A stretch of DNA of 64,000 nucleotides from an uncultured Gammaproteobacteria bacterium (lineage in GTDB: Bacteria; Patescibacteriota; Microgenomatia; Levybacterales; UBA12049): NCBI GenBank assembly GCA_964571255.1, contig CAZNAA010000001.1, positions 136,134 to 200,133 of the forward strand, given 5' to 3'. This document shows, one piece after another, positions 47,670 to 58,920 of the stretch. Both the position numbers and the translations under genes were made by a program. The notes below the pieces were generated by a model. That model did not search any database, was not told the DNA's origin, and saw nothing but the letters and a program-made list of their open reading frames with translations. Numbering within the stretch: the first letter of the stretch is position 1; every line of letters starts with the position of its first letter.

Positions 47670-48582
47670 CCAGTATCTTGAATATCTAAGTATTGAGCGC
47701 AATGTCTCAAAACTTACGATTAGAGACTATAAACAATATCTTCGAGTCTTTTATAACTGGTTTTTGGTTCATATGGACGGAAAAACGGTAGCAGATCTCA
47801 ACCTCTCTGTTATTCGAAAATACCGAGTCTTTCTCTCTCAAAAGACTGATGAGCGAGGTAAGCCTCTTCAGAAAGTAACTCAAAATTACTACGTAATCTG
47901 TCTTCGTTCTTTTCTTAAGTATTTACTCAAAAATGATATTGCAACGCTTGAGCCAACTAAAATTGAACTTCCTCGTACTGAGAGTCGAAGTTTGAAGTTT
48001 TTGGAACGAGGTCAGATTGAGCAGTTAACCCATGCTGTGGATATAGCGTGTGAAGAAGGACTAAGAGACCGAGCTATTTTAGAGCTTCTCTTCTCAACAG
48101 GGCTTCGGGTTTCAGAACTAGTGAAGCTAAATCATCATCAAATTAACTTTGACAGGCGTGAGTTTGGAGTGATTGGTAAAGGAGGAAAAGGGCGAATCGT
48201 TTTTATCTCAGATGATGCAGCCACCTGGGTACAAAAATATTTAGCTGAGAGAAAGGATGCATATAAACCTCTATTTATTCGCTACTCTCGGGACATTAAT
48301 GAAGAAGATGGGGGTGAGAAGATGCGTTTAACTGCACGAAGCGTTGAGCGCATTGTAAAAAAGTATGTCCAGAAATCACGTCTTCCAGTGGATGCGACTG
48401 TTCATACGCTTCGTCACTCATTTGCAACAGACTTACTCACGAATGGAGCCGACTTGCGCTCTGTTCAGGAGATGTTGGGCCATAAAAATATTGCCACGAC
48501 TCAAATCTATACCCATATTACGAATAAGCAACTTCGAGAAGTACATAAGAGCTTTCATAGTGGAAATAAGGACAAAGAGTAA
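47647..48582 (+). CDS. xerC: Tyrosine recombinase, XerC/XerD family
   Basis: Box I ELLFSTGLRVSEL, box II HTLRHSFATDLL...GHKNIATTQIYTHI, with catalytic R, H, R and Y. Confidence 0.8.
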   Translation: MELAKLIDQYLEYLSIERNVSKLTIRDYKQYLRVFYNWFLVHMDGKTVADLNLSVIRKYRVFLSQKTDERGKPLQKVTQNYYVICLRSFLKYLLKNDIATLEPTKIELPRTESRSLKFLERGQIEQLTHAVDIACEEGLRDRAILELLFSTGLRVSELVKLNHHQINFDRREFGVIGKGGKGRIVFISDDAATWVQKYLAERKDAYKPLFIRYSRDINEEDGGEKMRLTARSVERIVKKYVQKSRLPVDATVHTLRHSFATDLLTNGADLRSVQEMLGHKNIATTQIYTHITNKQLREVHKSFHSGNKDKE

Positions 48583-48584
48583 GC

Positions 48585-49373
48585 TTAGCGAATTTCGTAA
48601 ATTAGAGAAACATTTACTTTAATCGTAGATTCTCCAGGATTTAAATCAGTTCGAGCTGGCTCCCCATTTCCCATTGTTGATTTCGCCTCGTATTGAAAGT
48701 TATCTTGTGCCCCAACTGGATATTCATAGATGTTAATAACTTTTCCTAATTTTAATCCAGCTGCTTTAGCGATTCGTTGTGCCTTCTCTTTGGCTTTATT
48801 AATCGCGTCGTTTCGAGCTTTATCTGTGAGTTTTTCTCTTGTTTCATCAGAAATAACAAATTGAACTCCTCCAATTTGGTTAATCCCAAGCTTTGTTGCA
48901 CTATCAATTGCTTTGTTTGCTTTTTCAATCGTATCTGCTGTTACATCAAGCGTGATATTAGCTGTGTAGCCAGAAATTCCATTTTCTGGGGTAGAGGAAG
49001 AATCCATGGCTATAGGAAAAAGTGTTGGACGAATAATATCTTGTGTATATTCAGGATAGATATTGTATGAGGATGTTTTAATTCTTTTTTCCTCAATCCC
49101 AAGCTTTTTAAGTTCTTCAGTTAGTCTGTTACTCACTGTATTTGTTTGATTTCTTACTTCTTCAACTGTTTTTCCTTTAGCAGTTATTCCTAAAGAAATT
49201 CGTGCTTCTTCAGGAACACCTTGGGATTCCCCTACTCCATCAGCAGTAAAGACATCATTTTTTGCAACACTGGTTACGGTAAATGGAATTGGACCAAATA
49301 ATTTAGAGATAATAAAGAAAAGAAGAATACCTGAGGCAATAAGAATAAGGGGTTTTTTTAACTCTTCAATCAC
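48585..49373 (-). CDS. SIMPL-domain (DUF541) periplasmic protein
   Basis: TM anchor followed by an ITAKGKTVEEVRNQTN...NPGESTIKVNVSLIYEI pattern. Confidence 0.6.
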   Translation of the reverse strand: MIEELKKPLILIASGILLFFIISKLFGPIPFTVTSVAKNDVFTADGVGESQGVPEEARISLGITAKGKTVEEVRNQTNTVSNRLTEELKKLGIEEKRIKTSSYNIYPEYTQDIIRPTLFPIAMDSSSTPENGISGYTANITLDVTADTIEKANKAIDSATKLGINQIGGVQFVISDETREKLTDKARNDAINKAKEKAQRIAKAAGLKLGKVINIYEYPVGAQDNFQYEAKSTMGNGEPARTDLNPGESTIKVNVSLIYEIR

Positions 49374-49470
49374 TTCTTATTTGTATCAATTTTAGCCTTT
49401 CTCGTCAATACACCTTTTCTGTTTCCCATCGTAATGTGGATACTCTTTTCGAGGATATAATTCTCCTATA

Positions 49471-50292
49471 CTATTCATTTTTACTTGCTTCAACAAGATT
49501 TGACAAAAGACAGGCTACATTTACCGGTCCGACTCCTCCAGGAGTTGGAGTATAGTAAGCAGCTTTTTCTTTTATTTCCTCTACTTCATAATCTCCTTTT
49601 AATCCCTCTTCTTCTGTATGGATTCCAACTCCAAGTAAAATAACTCCCTGTTTAATCGAGTCAGCAGTTACTATTTGTCTTTTCCCAACACAGGACAGGA
49701 GAATGTCTGCTTCTCGCATAAGATCTTGTGGGTTTGGGGTATCATGATGAATTACATTAACGGATACTCCCTGCTCTCGTAGAAAGGTAATGATTGGTTC
49801 TCCTGCAGTTTTACCCTCCCCTATTACAACAACCTGTTGAGATCTAATCCACTCCAGAGTTTCTTCTGGATGAATTACTTCCAAAATAAATAAAATAGCT
49901 TGGGCAATAGGAACTGCAAAGGGAGAATCTTTTTTAAATCCATCAATATCTTTTTTTGTAACTACCGCTTGAGTTAGGGTTTGTTCTGGTAAATGAGGTG
50001 GAAGTGGGAGTTGGATGATAATCCCATGAACTGTCGGATCGTTATTTAACTCTTCGATTTTTCTGAGTAACAGCCTATCTGAAACGGTATCATCATAGGG
50101 AAGAATGGTAAGTTTTGCTCCAATATACTCAGCCCATTTCTTTTTCTGGCGAATATAAGAAAGTGAGGAGGGATTCTCTCCTATTAAAAGAACAACCATA
50201 TGTGGAATTACTTTTTGGAGTGCAAGATGTGCTACCTCTTGTTGTAATTGATCATAAATTGCTTGAGCAATCTCTCTTCCGTTTATTTCCAT
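49471..50292 (-). CDS. folD: Bifunctional methylenetetrahydrofolate dehydrogenase/cyclohydrolase FolD
   Basis: EINGREIAQ N-terminus and PGGVGPVNVACLL. Confidence 0.85.
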   Translation of the reverse strand: MEINGREIAQAIYDQLQQEVAHLALQKVIPHMVVLLIGENPSSLSYIRQKKKWAEYIGAKLTILPYDDTVSDRLLLRKIEELNNDPTVHGIIIQLPLPPHLPEQTLTQAVVTKKDIDGFKKDSPFAVPIAQAILFILEVIHPEETLEWIRSQQVVVIGEGKTAGEPIITFLREQGVSVNVIHHDTPNPQDLMREADILLSCVGKRQIVTADSIKQGVILLGVGIHTEEEGLKGDYEVEEIKEKAAYYTPTPGGVGPVNVACLLSNLVEASKNE

Positions 50293-50374
50293 CTTTTCAT
50301 TATACCAAAATCCTATAATTATTTTGTTAGGAGTATGTAATCAATATTTTTCTCTGCTATGGTAGTATCAAAAT

Positions 50375-52195
50375 ATGAAAGAATATTTTTCACTTGAGTC
50401 AATAAAAAAGATAAAAACGTGCGTTATTGTTTCTTTCCGCTTGTTGAAAATTGCTTGGAAAGTGGATCCTAAAACGGTTACGGTGTATTTTCTTACTTCT
50501 TTGGTTCCAGCAGTTATTCCTTTTTTAAACGCCTACATTTTCAAACTTGTTATTGATGCAGTTGTTGCAGCTATTTCTGGACAGCCGATTGAAATGACAA
50601 CACTGTATATTCTGATTGGAAGTGGTATGTCTCTTCAATTTGTCCAAGACGTAGTGTATCGAGTTCAAAGTTATAACGAAATTGTTTTGTACACCAAACT
50701 ACCTATTCATCTCAATCAGCTTGTCTTGTCAAAAATCATTTCACTTGATCCAGCCTATTTTGAAGATAGTGATTTCAAAAACACCCTTGAAAAGGTAAGA
50801 GATACTATGAATCATCGGCCTCAAAACTTACTCACAGAATTATTGTATATTTCTCAAAATATTATTCAAGTGGGTATTGGACTAGTTGCCATTTGGCAGT
50901 TAAATAGTTTCCTTATTTTTTTTATCTTGTTTGTTGTTTTGCCTGAGTTTTATTTAAGTATTTCTCAATCACATATTTCTTGGGGTATTTGGTCTGCCAA
51001 TAGTCAAACAAGAAAGAGGTTTTGGTATTTGAGCGGTTTACTACAAGATCAGCAACAAATTAAAGAAATTAAGTTATATTCTCTAGGAAAAAGATTTCTT
51101 AAGGAGATAAAAGAAGTTCAAGAGGCCTTTTTCTATGAAAATCTAAAGGCTGCTAAGAAAACGCATTTGATTGGAGTTATCTATAATCTATTCTCAACTA
51201 TTATCTATGTAGGAGTCCAAGTGTATGTGCTGCTTCTTGTTCTTAGTAGAAAAGCAACGGTTGGAGATATCCAGTTTTACCAAAGTGTTGTGAATCAATT
51301 TTCAGGAGGCATGCGAGGTATGCTTCGAGGAGTAACGAGTATTTTTGAACATGCTTTGTATGTGCAAAGTATTTTTGAAGTATTGGATGCTCCTTCTCTT
51401 CTTCCGTATAAAACACCAGGAACTCTCGTAACAGGTTCAACTCCTCCTCTTATTGAACTTAGAGAAGTTACTTTTTCCTATCCTGGAAGTAAAAAACCAA
51501 TTTTGAAACACGTCTCTCTCAGTATTAACCCAGGAGACAAAATTGCATTTGTTGGAGAAAACGGAGCTGGGAAATCGACTATTATTCGTCTTCTAGCGAG
51601 ATTTTATGATGTAGACAGTGGAGAGATTTTGATTAATGGGGTAAATATCAAAGAAATAGATTTACAAAGTTGGTATGACAGATTAGGAGTTCTTTTTCAA
51701 GATTTTGCTCGGTATGAGCATACGGTGAAGGATAATATTTACTTTGGAAATATTACCAAATCCCCTACTCTTCCTCTTATTGAATTAGCTGCCAAAGAAG
51801 GAGGATCTCAAGAATTTGTTGAAGAACTTCCGAATACATATGAGCAAATGCTTGGACGGACATTTGAAGGAGGAGAAGAATTATCCACAGGCCAATGGCA
51901 AAAAATCGCCCTTTCTCGTGCTTTTTTTAGAAATGCACCTGTTTTAGTACTAGATGAACCAACTGCCTCAATTGATGCGAAAGCCGAAAGCGAGATATTC
52001 AAACGAGTCGATAAGCTAGCGAATGATAAAACCGTTATTATTATTTCCCACCGCTTCTCAACAGTAAGGCATGCAGATCAAATTTATGTACTGCACAATG
52101 GCGCAATTCAGGAACAAGGCAATCATCAAGAGTTGATGAAGCTTGAGGGACGATATGCCAAATTATTTACACTTCAAGCTAAAGGATATCAATAA
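50375..52195 (+). CDS. ABC transporter, fused permease and ATP-binding protein (type I exporter)
   Basis: Six TM helices, Walker A GENGAGKST, signature LSTGQWQ, and Walker B VLVLDEPT. Confidence 0.85.
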   Translation: MKEYFSLESIKKIKTCVIVSFRLLKIAWKVDPKTVTVYFLTSLVPAVIPFLNAYIFKLVIDAVVAAISGQPIEMTTLYILIGSGMSLQFVQDVVYRVQSYNEIVLYTKLPIHLNQLVLSKIISLDPAYFEDSDFKNTLEKVRDTMNHRPQNLLTELLYISQNIIQVGIGLVAIWQLNSFLIFFILFVVLPEFYLSISQSHISWGIWSANSQTRKRFWYLSGLLQDQQQIKEIKLYSLGKRFLKEIKEVQEAFFYENLKAAKKTHLIGVIYNLFSTIIYVGVQVYVLLLVLSRKATVGDIQFYQSVVNQFSGGMRGMLRGVTSIFEHALYVQSIFEVLDAPSLLPYKTPGTLVTGSTPPLIELREVTFSYPGSKKPILKHVSLSINPGDKIAFVGENGAGKSTIIRLLARFYDVDSGEILINGVNIKEIDLQSWYDRLGVLFQDFARYEHTVKDNIYFGNITKSPTLPLIELAAKEGGSQEFVEELPNTYEQMLGRTFEGGEELSTGQWQKIALSRAFFRNAPVLVLDEPTASIDAKAESEIFKRVDKLANDKTVIIISHRFSTVRHADQIYVLHNGAIQEQGNHQELMKLEGRYAKLFTLQAKGYQ

Positions 52196-52243
52196 CACCC
52201 ATTGACTAGCAGAAAAGAATTGAACTACGATAAATAGGTAACT

Positions 52244-53089
52244 ATGCAACTAAATCGTCGTGCGTTTGTCATTATTCTTATAGTCTTACTCTTTGTTTCC
52301 TTCCCTCTGTTACTCTTTGTTCTCAGACAAAATCAAGATGTCAGACAGCGGGCTGATACGTCTACTTTGGCTGCTTCTTTTGGAGATCAGGTAGTTACTA
52401 AAGGAGAGCTAGAAGACTATGTTAGACAAGCTATCCCTCTCCAAGCTGATGAAGTTCTCTCTAGTCCTGATGGAAGAAAATATTTTTTGAATTTACTGCT
52501 TGAGAAGAAATTGGTAGAGAGTGAGGCCCAAAAGAAAAATATAACGGTAACAAGTAGTACTCTTTCCGAGGAAAAAGAAGAGCTATCTACGAAAAAAATG
52601 TTTAGTAACGAAAAAATTCAAAGCTTACTATCCAACCAGACAGCTCTTTCTGAGTATGTTCTCAAAAAACAAGTGATGGAAGATGTAGAGGCTTGGAAAG
52701 AAGTAGACATGGTTTCCGTTTATATTAGTCCAGAAGTAAAAGAGTTTGAAGCCAATAAAAGACAAGCACAAACTATTCTTGAAGAGATGAGAAATCTCGT
52801 TTCCTCAAGTGTTACTCTTTCTCAAGCCTTTGAAAGACTCAAATCCAAATATGCTCGTCAAATCTCGCAGATGAGACTTCAGGAAGGAATAAGAGTGACA
52901 AAAGGAAATACCATGGATGCTCAGTTAAAAGCTCCGCTTTTTCAAGTAAAAAAAGGAGAAGTCTCCCCGGTTATTATCTCAACTGGAGGAGCAATGATGA
53001 TTGTGAAAGTGCTTGATGAGAATGTTACGTCTTTTGATTCATATGACAGTTGGCTTACTCAGCAAATGAAAGGAGTCACATACTACTAA
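52244..53089 (+). CDS. Membrane-anchored parvulin-like PPIase (PrsA/SurA-like foldase)
   Basis: TM anchor followed by the C-terminal PpiC-like motif GEVSPVIISTGGAMMIVKVLDE. Confidence 0.5.
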   Translation: MQLNRRAFVIILIVLLFVSFPLLLFVLRQNQDVRQRADTSTLAASFGDQVVTKGELEDYVRQAIPLQADEVLSSPDGRKYFLNLLLEKKLVESEAQKKNITVTSSTLSEEKEELSTKKMFSNEKIQSLLSNQTALSEYVLKKQVMEDVEAWKEVDMVSVYISPEVKEFEANKRQAQTILEEMRNLVSSSVTLSQAFERLKSKYARQISQMRLQEGIRVTKGNTMDAQLKAPLFQVKKGEVSPVIISTGGAMMIVKVLDENVTSFDSYDSWLTQQMKGVTYY

Positions 53090-54048
53090 TGGAGCGATTG
53101 TTTGTTAAATCATTCTTACTTCTTTGTCTGTTCTTTATTGGATCATATATTTATGCTTATTCTACTCCGCAATATTTTTCAAAAGCTTGTGCAGCACAAT
53201 TTAACTGTGCTGGAGCGCCTGCTTGTCCTAATCCTAACTATGGTGGTCAATATGGCTCTGCTTGTATCGACTCAGTAAACTTAAGTGGAAAGATTCGAGT
53301 TCGTGGGTTAGGAAGTGCTGGAGAGGTATCTGTTGCAGCTAATGTGCGGGGATTTGAATTAGATAATAACTATCAATGTAGTGACGTTATTTGTTTGCTG
53401 AGAGAAGCTCAATCCAGTGCCATACCAGTCTATCCAGGCAACTTTTCAGGAAATCAAGCGAATGGAGTTACATTTGATTCAAGTGATGGATCCTACCTTG
53501 TTCCTTGGACAGTAAATACCATAGGTTGTTCGGGAGATCCAAATTGTAACGACTGGTTCTCTTTAACTGCAGTTGTCAAAAATCAAGGGAACTATACGTG
53601 TACTCGGGCAGATGATCAGACATTGATTCTTAAAGGCTTAAATGGGCAAAGTCCACCTCTTGGTGAAGTAAGTGTCAATTGTGTCCCTAAAAACGTTCCA
53701 ACTCCTGTTTGTGTTACTTATTGTGAAGGATCTCAAAAATGCGATGCTACTCACTACAAAACTATTGAGAAGTGTTCCACTGAAGGAAACCCAGCTGATC
53801 CTAATGTTCCAGGAACATTTAGAGAACTTCCTTGTGGAACTCAAGCTCAATATCATGATGGACTAACTAATACGTGCCAAGCTCTCCCAACACCTTCTCC
53901 TACCAAGACGCCAACGCCTTCGCCAACAAAAACACCAACCCCCACCCCTACGAAAACACCAACTCCAACTCCAACTCCATCGCCATCAGCGTGTCCTGTA
54001 CCGTCAGTTGTACCAAATGTCAGAATAGATTGTCCAACGTGTCAATAG
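53089..54048 (+). CDS. Secreted Cys-rich protein with C-terminal PT-linker repeat
   Basis: Signal peptide [23 protein letters not shown], more than 20 Cys, and [11 protein letters not shown] repeats. Confidence 0.45.
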   Translation: MERLFVKSFLLLCLFFIGSYIYAYSTPQYFSKACAAQFNCAGAPACPNPNYGGQYGSACIDSVNLSGKIRVRGLGSAGEVSVAANVRGFELDNNYQCSDVICLLREAQSSAIPVYPGNFSGNQANGVTFDSSDGSYLVPWTVNTIGCSGDPNCNDWFSLTAVVKNQGNYTCTRADDQTLILKGLNGQSPPLGEVSVNCVPKNVPTPVCVTYCEGSQKCDATHYKTIEKCSTEGNPADPNVPGTFRELPCGTQAQYHDGLTNTCQALPTPSPTKTPTPSPTKTPTPTPTKTPTPTPTPSPSACPVPSVVPNVRIDCPTCQ

Positions 54049-54049
54049 T

Positions 54050-54898
54050 ATGTACTTACAAGTTAAATTACGATCATTAATAATTGGCCTATTTATCTTT
54101 GCTTTGCTGTTGTTAGGAGGATACTTGCTTATTACACAAACGCAGCAGAATCAAGATGTCAGGCAGCGTGCTGCAGTTCCTGCGTGTTCTACTGTTCAAG
54201 CTGTATGTAAATGGGATAGTGTGCCAGGTGCTGCTTCATACATTGTTAAAGTAACCGATATTTCAACTAACCAGACAGTGGTGACGCAAAGTGTTACTAC
54301 AACTTCTATTCCTTTTAATTTTGTCGTTGGGAGAGCCTATCGATGTGAAGTGAGTGCTGTGAATACTTGTGGGACAGGCTCACAAGCTCAAGGTGTGAGT
54401 ACCTGTGAAGCAAATGTTACACCAACGCCTACACCTTCGCCAACTGCTACTCCAACACCTACTATCACTCCAACTATTACAGTTACTCCAACGGCTACGC
54501 CCACGGTTACTCCAACAAAAACACCAACCCCTTCCCCTACGAAAACCCCAACTCCAACAGCTACCCCTAGTCCTACAAATACACCTAGTCCAACTCCAAC
54601 AGCTACGCCTCGACCAACCAATACACCAACTCCAACTCCAACAGCTACACCTATTCCAACAAATACGCCCATCCCTACAGCAACACCAGTTCCACCAACG
54701 AATACTCCAACTCCTACGCAAACTATTATTGCTCAGGTTCCAACCAGCACACCTACTCCTGTTCCTTTGATTCCCACTCCAACACTTGCACCAATTGTAA
54801 CAATTGCTCCTACGGGAAACACCACACTTCCAACACTGTTGGGAGTTGGAGGAGTAGTTCTTGGTATTTTGGGCGCAGCAGTCTTTTTCCTCCTCTAA
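54050..54898 (+). CDS. Cell-surface protein with a FN3-like domain, long Thr/Pro repeat and C-terminal TM anchor
   Basis: N-terminal TM plus QNQDVRQRA motif, about 100 aa of (T/P) repeats, and C-terminal [20 protein letters not shown]. Confidence 0.45.
   Translation: MYLQVKLRSLIIGLFIFALLLLGGYLLITQTQQNQDVRQRAAVPACSTVQAVCKWDSVPGAASYIVKVTDISTNQTVVTQSVTTTSIPFNFVVGRAYRCEVSAVNTCGTGSQAQGVSTCEANVTPTPTPSPTATPTPTITPTITVTPTATPTVTPTKTPTPSPTKTPTPTATPSPTNTPSPTPTATPRPTNTPTPTPTATPIPTNTPIPTATPVPPTNTPTPTQTIIAQVPTSTPTPVPLIPTPTLAPIVTIAPTGNTTLPTLLGVGGVVLGILGAAVFFLL
54415..54730 (+). repeat. Tandem PT-linker codon repeats (ACNCC(A/T) units). A roughly 45-bp near-identical copy lies at 53925-53975.
   Basis: ccaacaaaaacaccaacccc..cccctacgaaaac.ccaactccaac is shared between the two genes. 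It spawns spurious antisense ORFs. Confidence 0.7.
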
Positions 54899-54997
54899 GC
54901 TAGGATAGTTTGTCTTCTGGATATATTTCCCTTTATATATAAGAAATACAGTTATACTGTTTTACGTGGAATGAAAGAGGAGCGAAGGAGAGAAAGC

Positions 54998-57900
54998 TTA
55001 TTCAGCGCCTTCTGTTTTTTCAAGACAGGTGGCTGCTGAGACTTTATCAGAGGTATCAGAAAATCTCATGAGAATAACCCCCTGCGTGTCACGTCCGAGG
55101 TGTGGAATGGTTTTGAGACTGAGTCGTACTACTTGCCCATTTTTAGAGGTAATAATGACTTCCTCAGCGTCTGGTGGCACAATTTGGCCTGCAACTACTC
55201 CTCCTGTCTTATCTGTTACTTTTGCTACCTTTACTCCAAGTCCTCCTCTTCCTTGCAGAGGAAATTGATTAACTGTCGTGATTTTTCCGAGTCCATTTTC
55301 CATAATGACAAAAAGAGATTGATTGGCATCATTTTTAATAAGATCCATTCCTACTACTCGATCAGTTGAGGATGTTTTGATTCCCCGTACTCCCATTGTT
55401 GCTCTTCCCATAGGGCGAACTTCTGCTTCGTTAAACTTAATCGCTTTGCCTTCTTTTGTAACTATGAGAACGTGGTTATCTCCGCTTGAGAGATGACTCC
55501 AGACAAGTTCGTCTTTCTCCTCAAGCTTAATAGCAATCATGCCGTTTTTTCGAATATTTTCAAATTCAGATAAAGCACTCTTTTTAACTGTTCCGTTTCT
55601 AGTTGTTAAGAAAATAAAGCCTTTCGCAGTTTTCTTATAGACAATAAATGACTCGACTTGCTCTCCTGCTTCAATATTTAAAAGATTAACCATTGCTGTT
55701 CCCTTAGCAACACGAGAACTTTCAGCGATTTCATACGCTTTGGTTTGATATGCTTTGCCTTTATTGGTGAAGAAAAGAATATTGTCATGAGTCTCTGCAT
55801 ATCTGATGTGTGAGATAGTATCTTCATCCTTCATCTTCATCCCTGATACTCCCTTGCCTCCTCTGTGTTGAACGTGGAATGAGTTAAGGCTTTGGCGCTT
55901 GATATATCCAGTTTCTGTCATACTAATAACCGTTGGTTCGTTTGGAATTAAGTCTTCCTCTGAGAATTCATCCACTTTATTTTTGAATACTTTTGTACGT
56001 CGAGGGTCTGCATACTTAGTCTTGATATGAAGAAGTTCATCTTTAATAACGCTTAAAATCTTTTCAGGATGTCCAAGTAAGTCTTCTAAATAGGCAATCG
56101 TTTCTTGAACGAGTTTTAACTCATCTTCAATTTTTTGTCTCTCAAGTGCAGCAAGACGACGGAGTTGCATGTCCAGAATAGCCACTGATTGAATCTCAGA
56201 AAGTTTAAATCTTTCCATCAAATTTTTCTTTGCTTCTTCTTGATCTTTTGATTCTCGAATAGTTTTAATTACTTCATCAATATGATCAACAGCAATTTTA
56301 AGTCCTTCTAAAATATGCAGTCGGGCTTTGGCTTGTCTTAGTTCAAATTCAGAACGGCGGCGAATTACGATATATCGGTGTTTAAGGTATTCTTCTAAGA
56401 TCAGTTTGAGATTAACTGTTTGTGGAGTTCCATCAACAAGTGCGACCATATTGACAGGAAAGCTGGTTTGGAGAGAGGTCAGCTTATATAGATTATTGAG
56501 TACCTTTTTTGGAACTGCGTCTCGTTTGAGTTCAACATATACCCGAAGTCCCCGTCTATCTGACTCGTCTCGTAAATCTGAAATTCCTTCAATCTTTTTC
56601 TCTTTTACTAAATCAGCAATTTTTGCAACCAAAAGGGCTTTATTCACTTGGTATGGAAGCTCAGTAATGATGATGGCTGATTTGCCCTGCCCTACTTCCT
56701 CAACTTCTGCTTTTCCACGAATCAGTACCTTTCCGCGCCCGGTGTAGTATGCCTGCTTAATTTCATTAATATCAAAAATAGTTCCAGCAGTTGGGAAATC
56801 TGGTCCCTGAACGTATACTAATAAGTCATCAATAGACACCTCATTGGTAACAGTTACATCTGACCCCTTCATACTTCCTCCATCAGACATCTCACTGGTG
56901 TGAGAAAGAGTTGATTTACTAATTAAATGGATAATTGCATCCACTACCTCAGTTAAATTGTGAGGAGGAATTTTGGTTGCCATACCAACAGCAATTCCTT
57001 CAGATCCCATGAGAAGAAGGTTAGGCAAACGAGCTGGGAGATATTGGGGTTCTTTTTCACTTCCATCAAAATTTGGATTAAAAGAAACTGTCTCTTTATC
57101 CAAATCAGCTAGCATCTCAGCTGTGATGGCTGCCATCTTTGCTTCGGTATTATGATTAATAAATCCATTTGCAACGAATGAATGGCAGCTACTATCAACC
57201 TTTATTGAGTAGACAGTCTTCTCATCCCCTTTTGTTATTGATTCTATTTTGTCAAAGATATAGTGATTTTTAAGAAGAGTGGTAAAAAGTTCAATAGTAT
57301 CAGGTTGGAGTTGAGAAAGAATAGATGATTCTATTGCTTGATGATGTTGAATCATACCTCCATAACGATCGAAATTGTGTTTATATACAAAGGACCTTAC
57401 GTTGTCGTAAGAAAGTGTTTTATCAAGAATTTGATAGATATAGTCTTTAAGGAAAGGGACAAAGTCAAAAAGACTTTGATCTTTCTGCATGGTACTAATG
57501 ACCTGTTTTAATGCTGTTATTTTTCTTTGTGAAATAAATCCAATAGTTTCACTGAACAGGATATAATTTTTTCTTCCTCTCAGATATAGCTTATGTATAT
57601 TTCGATATTTATCAAAACGTTTGGTTGCTAAGATTCCAAAGCGTAACAGAAGAATTTGAATTTCATCAATCAATTCTTCACTCATGGAGACACATGAGAG
57701 CTCAATCATTTTTCGACTACTGCTTATTGACCCATCTCCTTCAAAGTAGGCTTTAAGAAATGTTGCTACAACAGGTTTTGGGGATTGTAAAATAAAAGGA
57801 GGAATTCTTCTTAGAGCAGATTTTTTTGATAAAAGACCAATATTTCTCAGAAATGCAATGACATATAACGAATGAATTTCAATACGATAATATGTCTTTT

Positions 57901-58855
57901 TCCCATATGAGGAAGGTGCTTTCTTAAAAAGGTGTAGCCGTGTATCTGGAAAAACCTGTTTCCACTCTGAAATGAATTGCGTGATCCATTCCTCATCACT
58001 ATTACAAAATTCTAGTTTTTCTTTTTGTGATAGTGTTCCTTCAGCAGTTAAACTTCCAAGAATGAATGCAAGGCTAGTAGTAAGGGTTTTTGGAAGTTGC
58101 TTGGTTTGTGTTCGAGAATGAGGGTTTTTGGGTATAAATTTCTTCAGGGAGACTTCATTCTCTGGCCAAAGTGTATCTGTAGTACGATCTAATACTACAA
58201 TATCTGTTTTCTTTATATCTTGAAGCAATTTCCACTCAAACTGTGGTTTTCCTGTTTCTTCATGTTTAGTCCATATAAGAACAGGGTGATTATATGATCC
58301 TTCAATATGAAACCCATGATGTGTTGTAATACGGATTGTTGGATGAGTACCGCTATTGAACCATTTCGAAGCTGTATGTATTTCCGCATTTAGTGATAAC
58401 ACTTTGATATTTGTAGATTCATCCTTTGAGTGTGTAAGTTTTTGAATTTGTTCTAATCCATTATTGGTTATAACAAGAGTGTCTCCAGTAATACAGTATC
58501 GCATGGCAGCTGGTGGATCTCCGTCAACTGAGCCAAAGTTTCCTTGACCATGAATAAGAGGATACCGCATGGAAAAGTCTTGAGCCATACGAACAAGGGA
58601 ATCATAAATTGGAACGTCTCCGTGAGGATGGTATTTTCCCATGACTTCTCCAATAATCTTCGCACTTTTTACAAACTTTGCACTGTGGTACAAGTTCATC
58701 TCATGCATAGCAAAAAGAATACGACGATGAACTGGCTTAAGTCCATCTCTGATATCAGGAAGTGCACGTTCCACGATGACAGACATCGCATAGTTAAGAT
58801 ACGACTTCTTCATCTCTTGCGTAATATTTGTTTGTTGTAATCTACCGATATCCAT
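54998..58855 (-). CDS. gyrA: DNA gyrase subunit A, interrupted by an in-frame intein
   Basis: 1285 aa. The N-terminus is classic GyrA up to AAMRY, then CITGDTLV..., resuming as [13 protein letters not shown]. The extein totals 836 aa. Confidence 0.9.
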   Translation of the reverse strand: MDIGRLQQTNITQEMKKSYLNYAMSVIVERALPDIRDGLKPVHRRILFAMHEMNLYHSAKFVKSAKIIGEVMGKYHPHGDVPIYDSLVRMAQDFSMRYPLIHGQGNFGSVDGDPPAAMRYCITGDTLVITNNGLEQIQKLTHSKDESTNIKVLSLNAEIHTASKWFNSGTHPTIRITTHHGFHIEGSYNHPVLIWTKHEETGKPQFEWKLLQDIKKTDIVVLDRTTDTLWPENEVSLKKFIPKNPHSRTQTKQLPKTLTTSLAFILGSLTAEGTLSQKEKLEFCNSDEEWITQFISEWKQVFPDTRLHLFKKAPSSYGKKTYYRIEIHSLYVIAFLRNIGLLSKKSALRRIPPFILQSPKPVVATFLKAYFEGDGSISSSRKMIELSCVSMSEELIDEIQILLLRFGILATKRFDKYRNIHKLYLRGRKNYILFSETIGFISQRKITALKQVISTMQKDQSLFDFVPFLKDYIYQILDKTLSYDNVRSFVYKHNFDRYGGMIQHHQAIESSILSQLQPDTIELFTTLLKNHYIFDKIESITKGDEKTVYSIKVDSSCHSFVANGFINHNTEAKMAAITAEMLADLDKETVSFNPNFDGSEKEPQYLPARLPNLLLMGSEGIAVGMATKIPPHNLTEVVDAIIHLISKSTLSHTSEMSDGGSMKGSDVTVTNEVSIDDLLVYVQGPDFPTAGTIFDINEIKQAYYTGRGKVLIRGKAEVEEVGQGKSAIIITELPYQVNKALLVAKIADLVKEKKIEGISDLRDESDRRGLRVYVELKRDAVPKKVLNNLYKLTSLQTSFPVNMVALVDGTPQTVNLKLILEEYLKHRYIVIRRRSEFELRQAKARLHILEGLKIAVDHIDEVIKTIRESKDQEEAKKNLMERFKLSEIQSVAILDMQLRRLAALERQKIEDELKLVQETIAYLEDLLGHPEKILSVIKDELLHIKTKYADPRRTKVFKNKVDEFSEEDLIPNEPTVISMTETGYIKRQSLNSFHVQHRGGKGVSGMKMKDEDTISHIRYAETHDNILFFTNKGKAYQTKAYEIAESSRVAKGTAMVNLLNIEAGEQVESFIVYKKTAKGFIFLTTRNGTVKKSALSEFENIRKNGMIAIKLEEKDELVWSHLSSGDNHVLIVTKEGKAIKFNEAEVRPMGRATMGVRGIKTSSTDRVVGMDLIKNDANQSLFVIMENGLGKITTVNQFPLQGRGGLGVKVAKVTDKTGGVVAGQIVPPDAEEVIITSKNGQVVRLSLKTIPHLGRDTQGVILMRFSDTSDKVSAATCLEKTEGAE
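57149..58495 (-). other. GyrA intein (449 aa) with LAGLIDADG homing-endonuclease domain
   Basis: Starts Cys121 (codon aca at 58493-58495) and ends ...NGFINHN with +1 Thr. Two LAGLIDADG-like motifs: [12 protein letters not shown] and [12 protein letters not shown]. Confidence 0.8.
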
Positions 58856-58920
58856 ATTTCTAAAATCTTCAACGACAATAATACTAACAGTTATTACTAG
58901 TAAAAGTAACTATGTAATAA

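Noticed and set aside
54380-54770. ORFs 54380-54721 (-), 54388-54672 (-) and 54405-54770 (+) with Trp/Arg/Cys-, Gly/Val- or Gln/Leu-rich translations
   Set aside because: These are frame-shifted and antisense readings of the ACNCCN PT-linker codon repeat inside the real plus-strand gene 54050-54898.
55029-58840. Multiple short ORFs antisense to gyrA (55029, 55100, 56328, 56973, 58468, 58544)
   Set aside because: They are fully nested within a strongly supported 1285-aa gene on the opposite strand, with no RBS and no coding signal.
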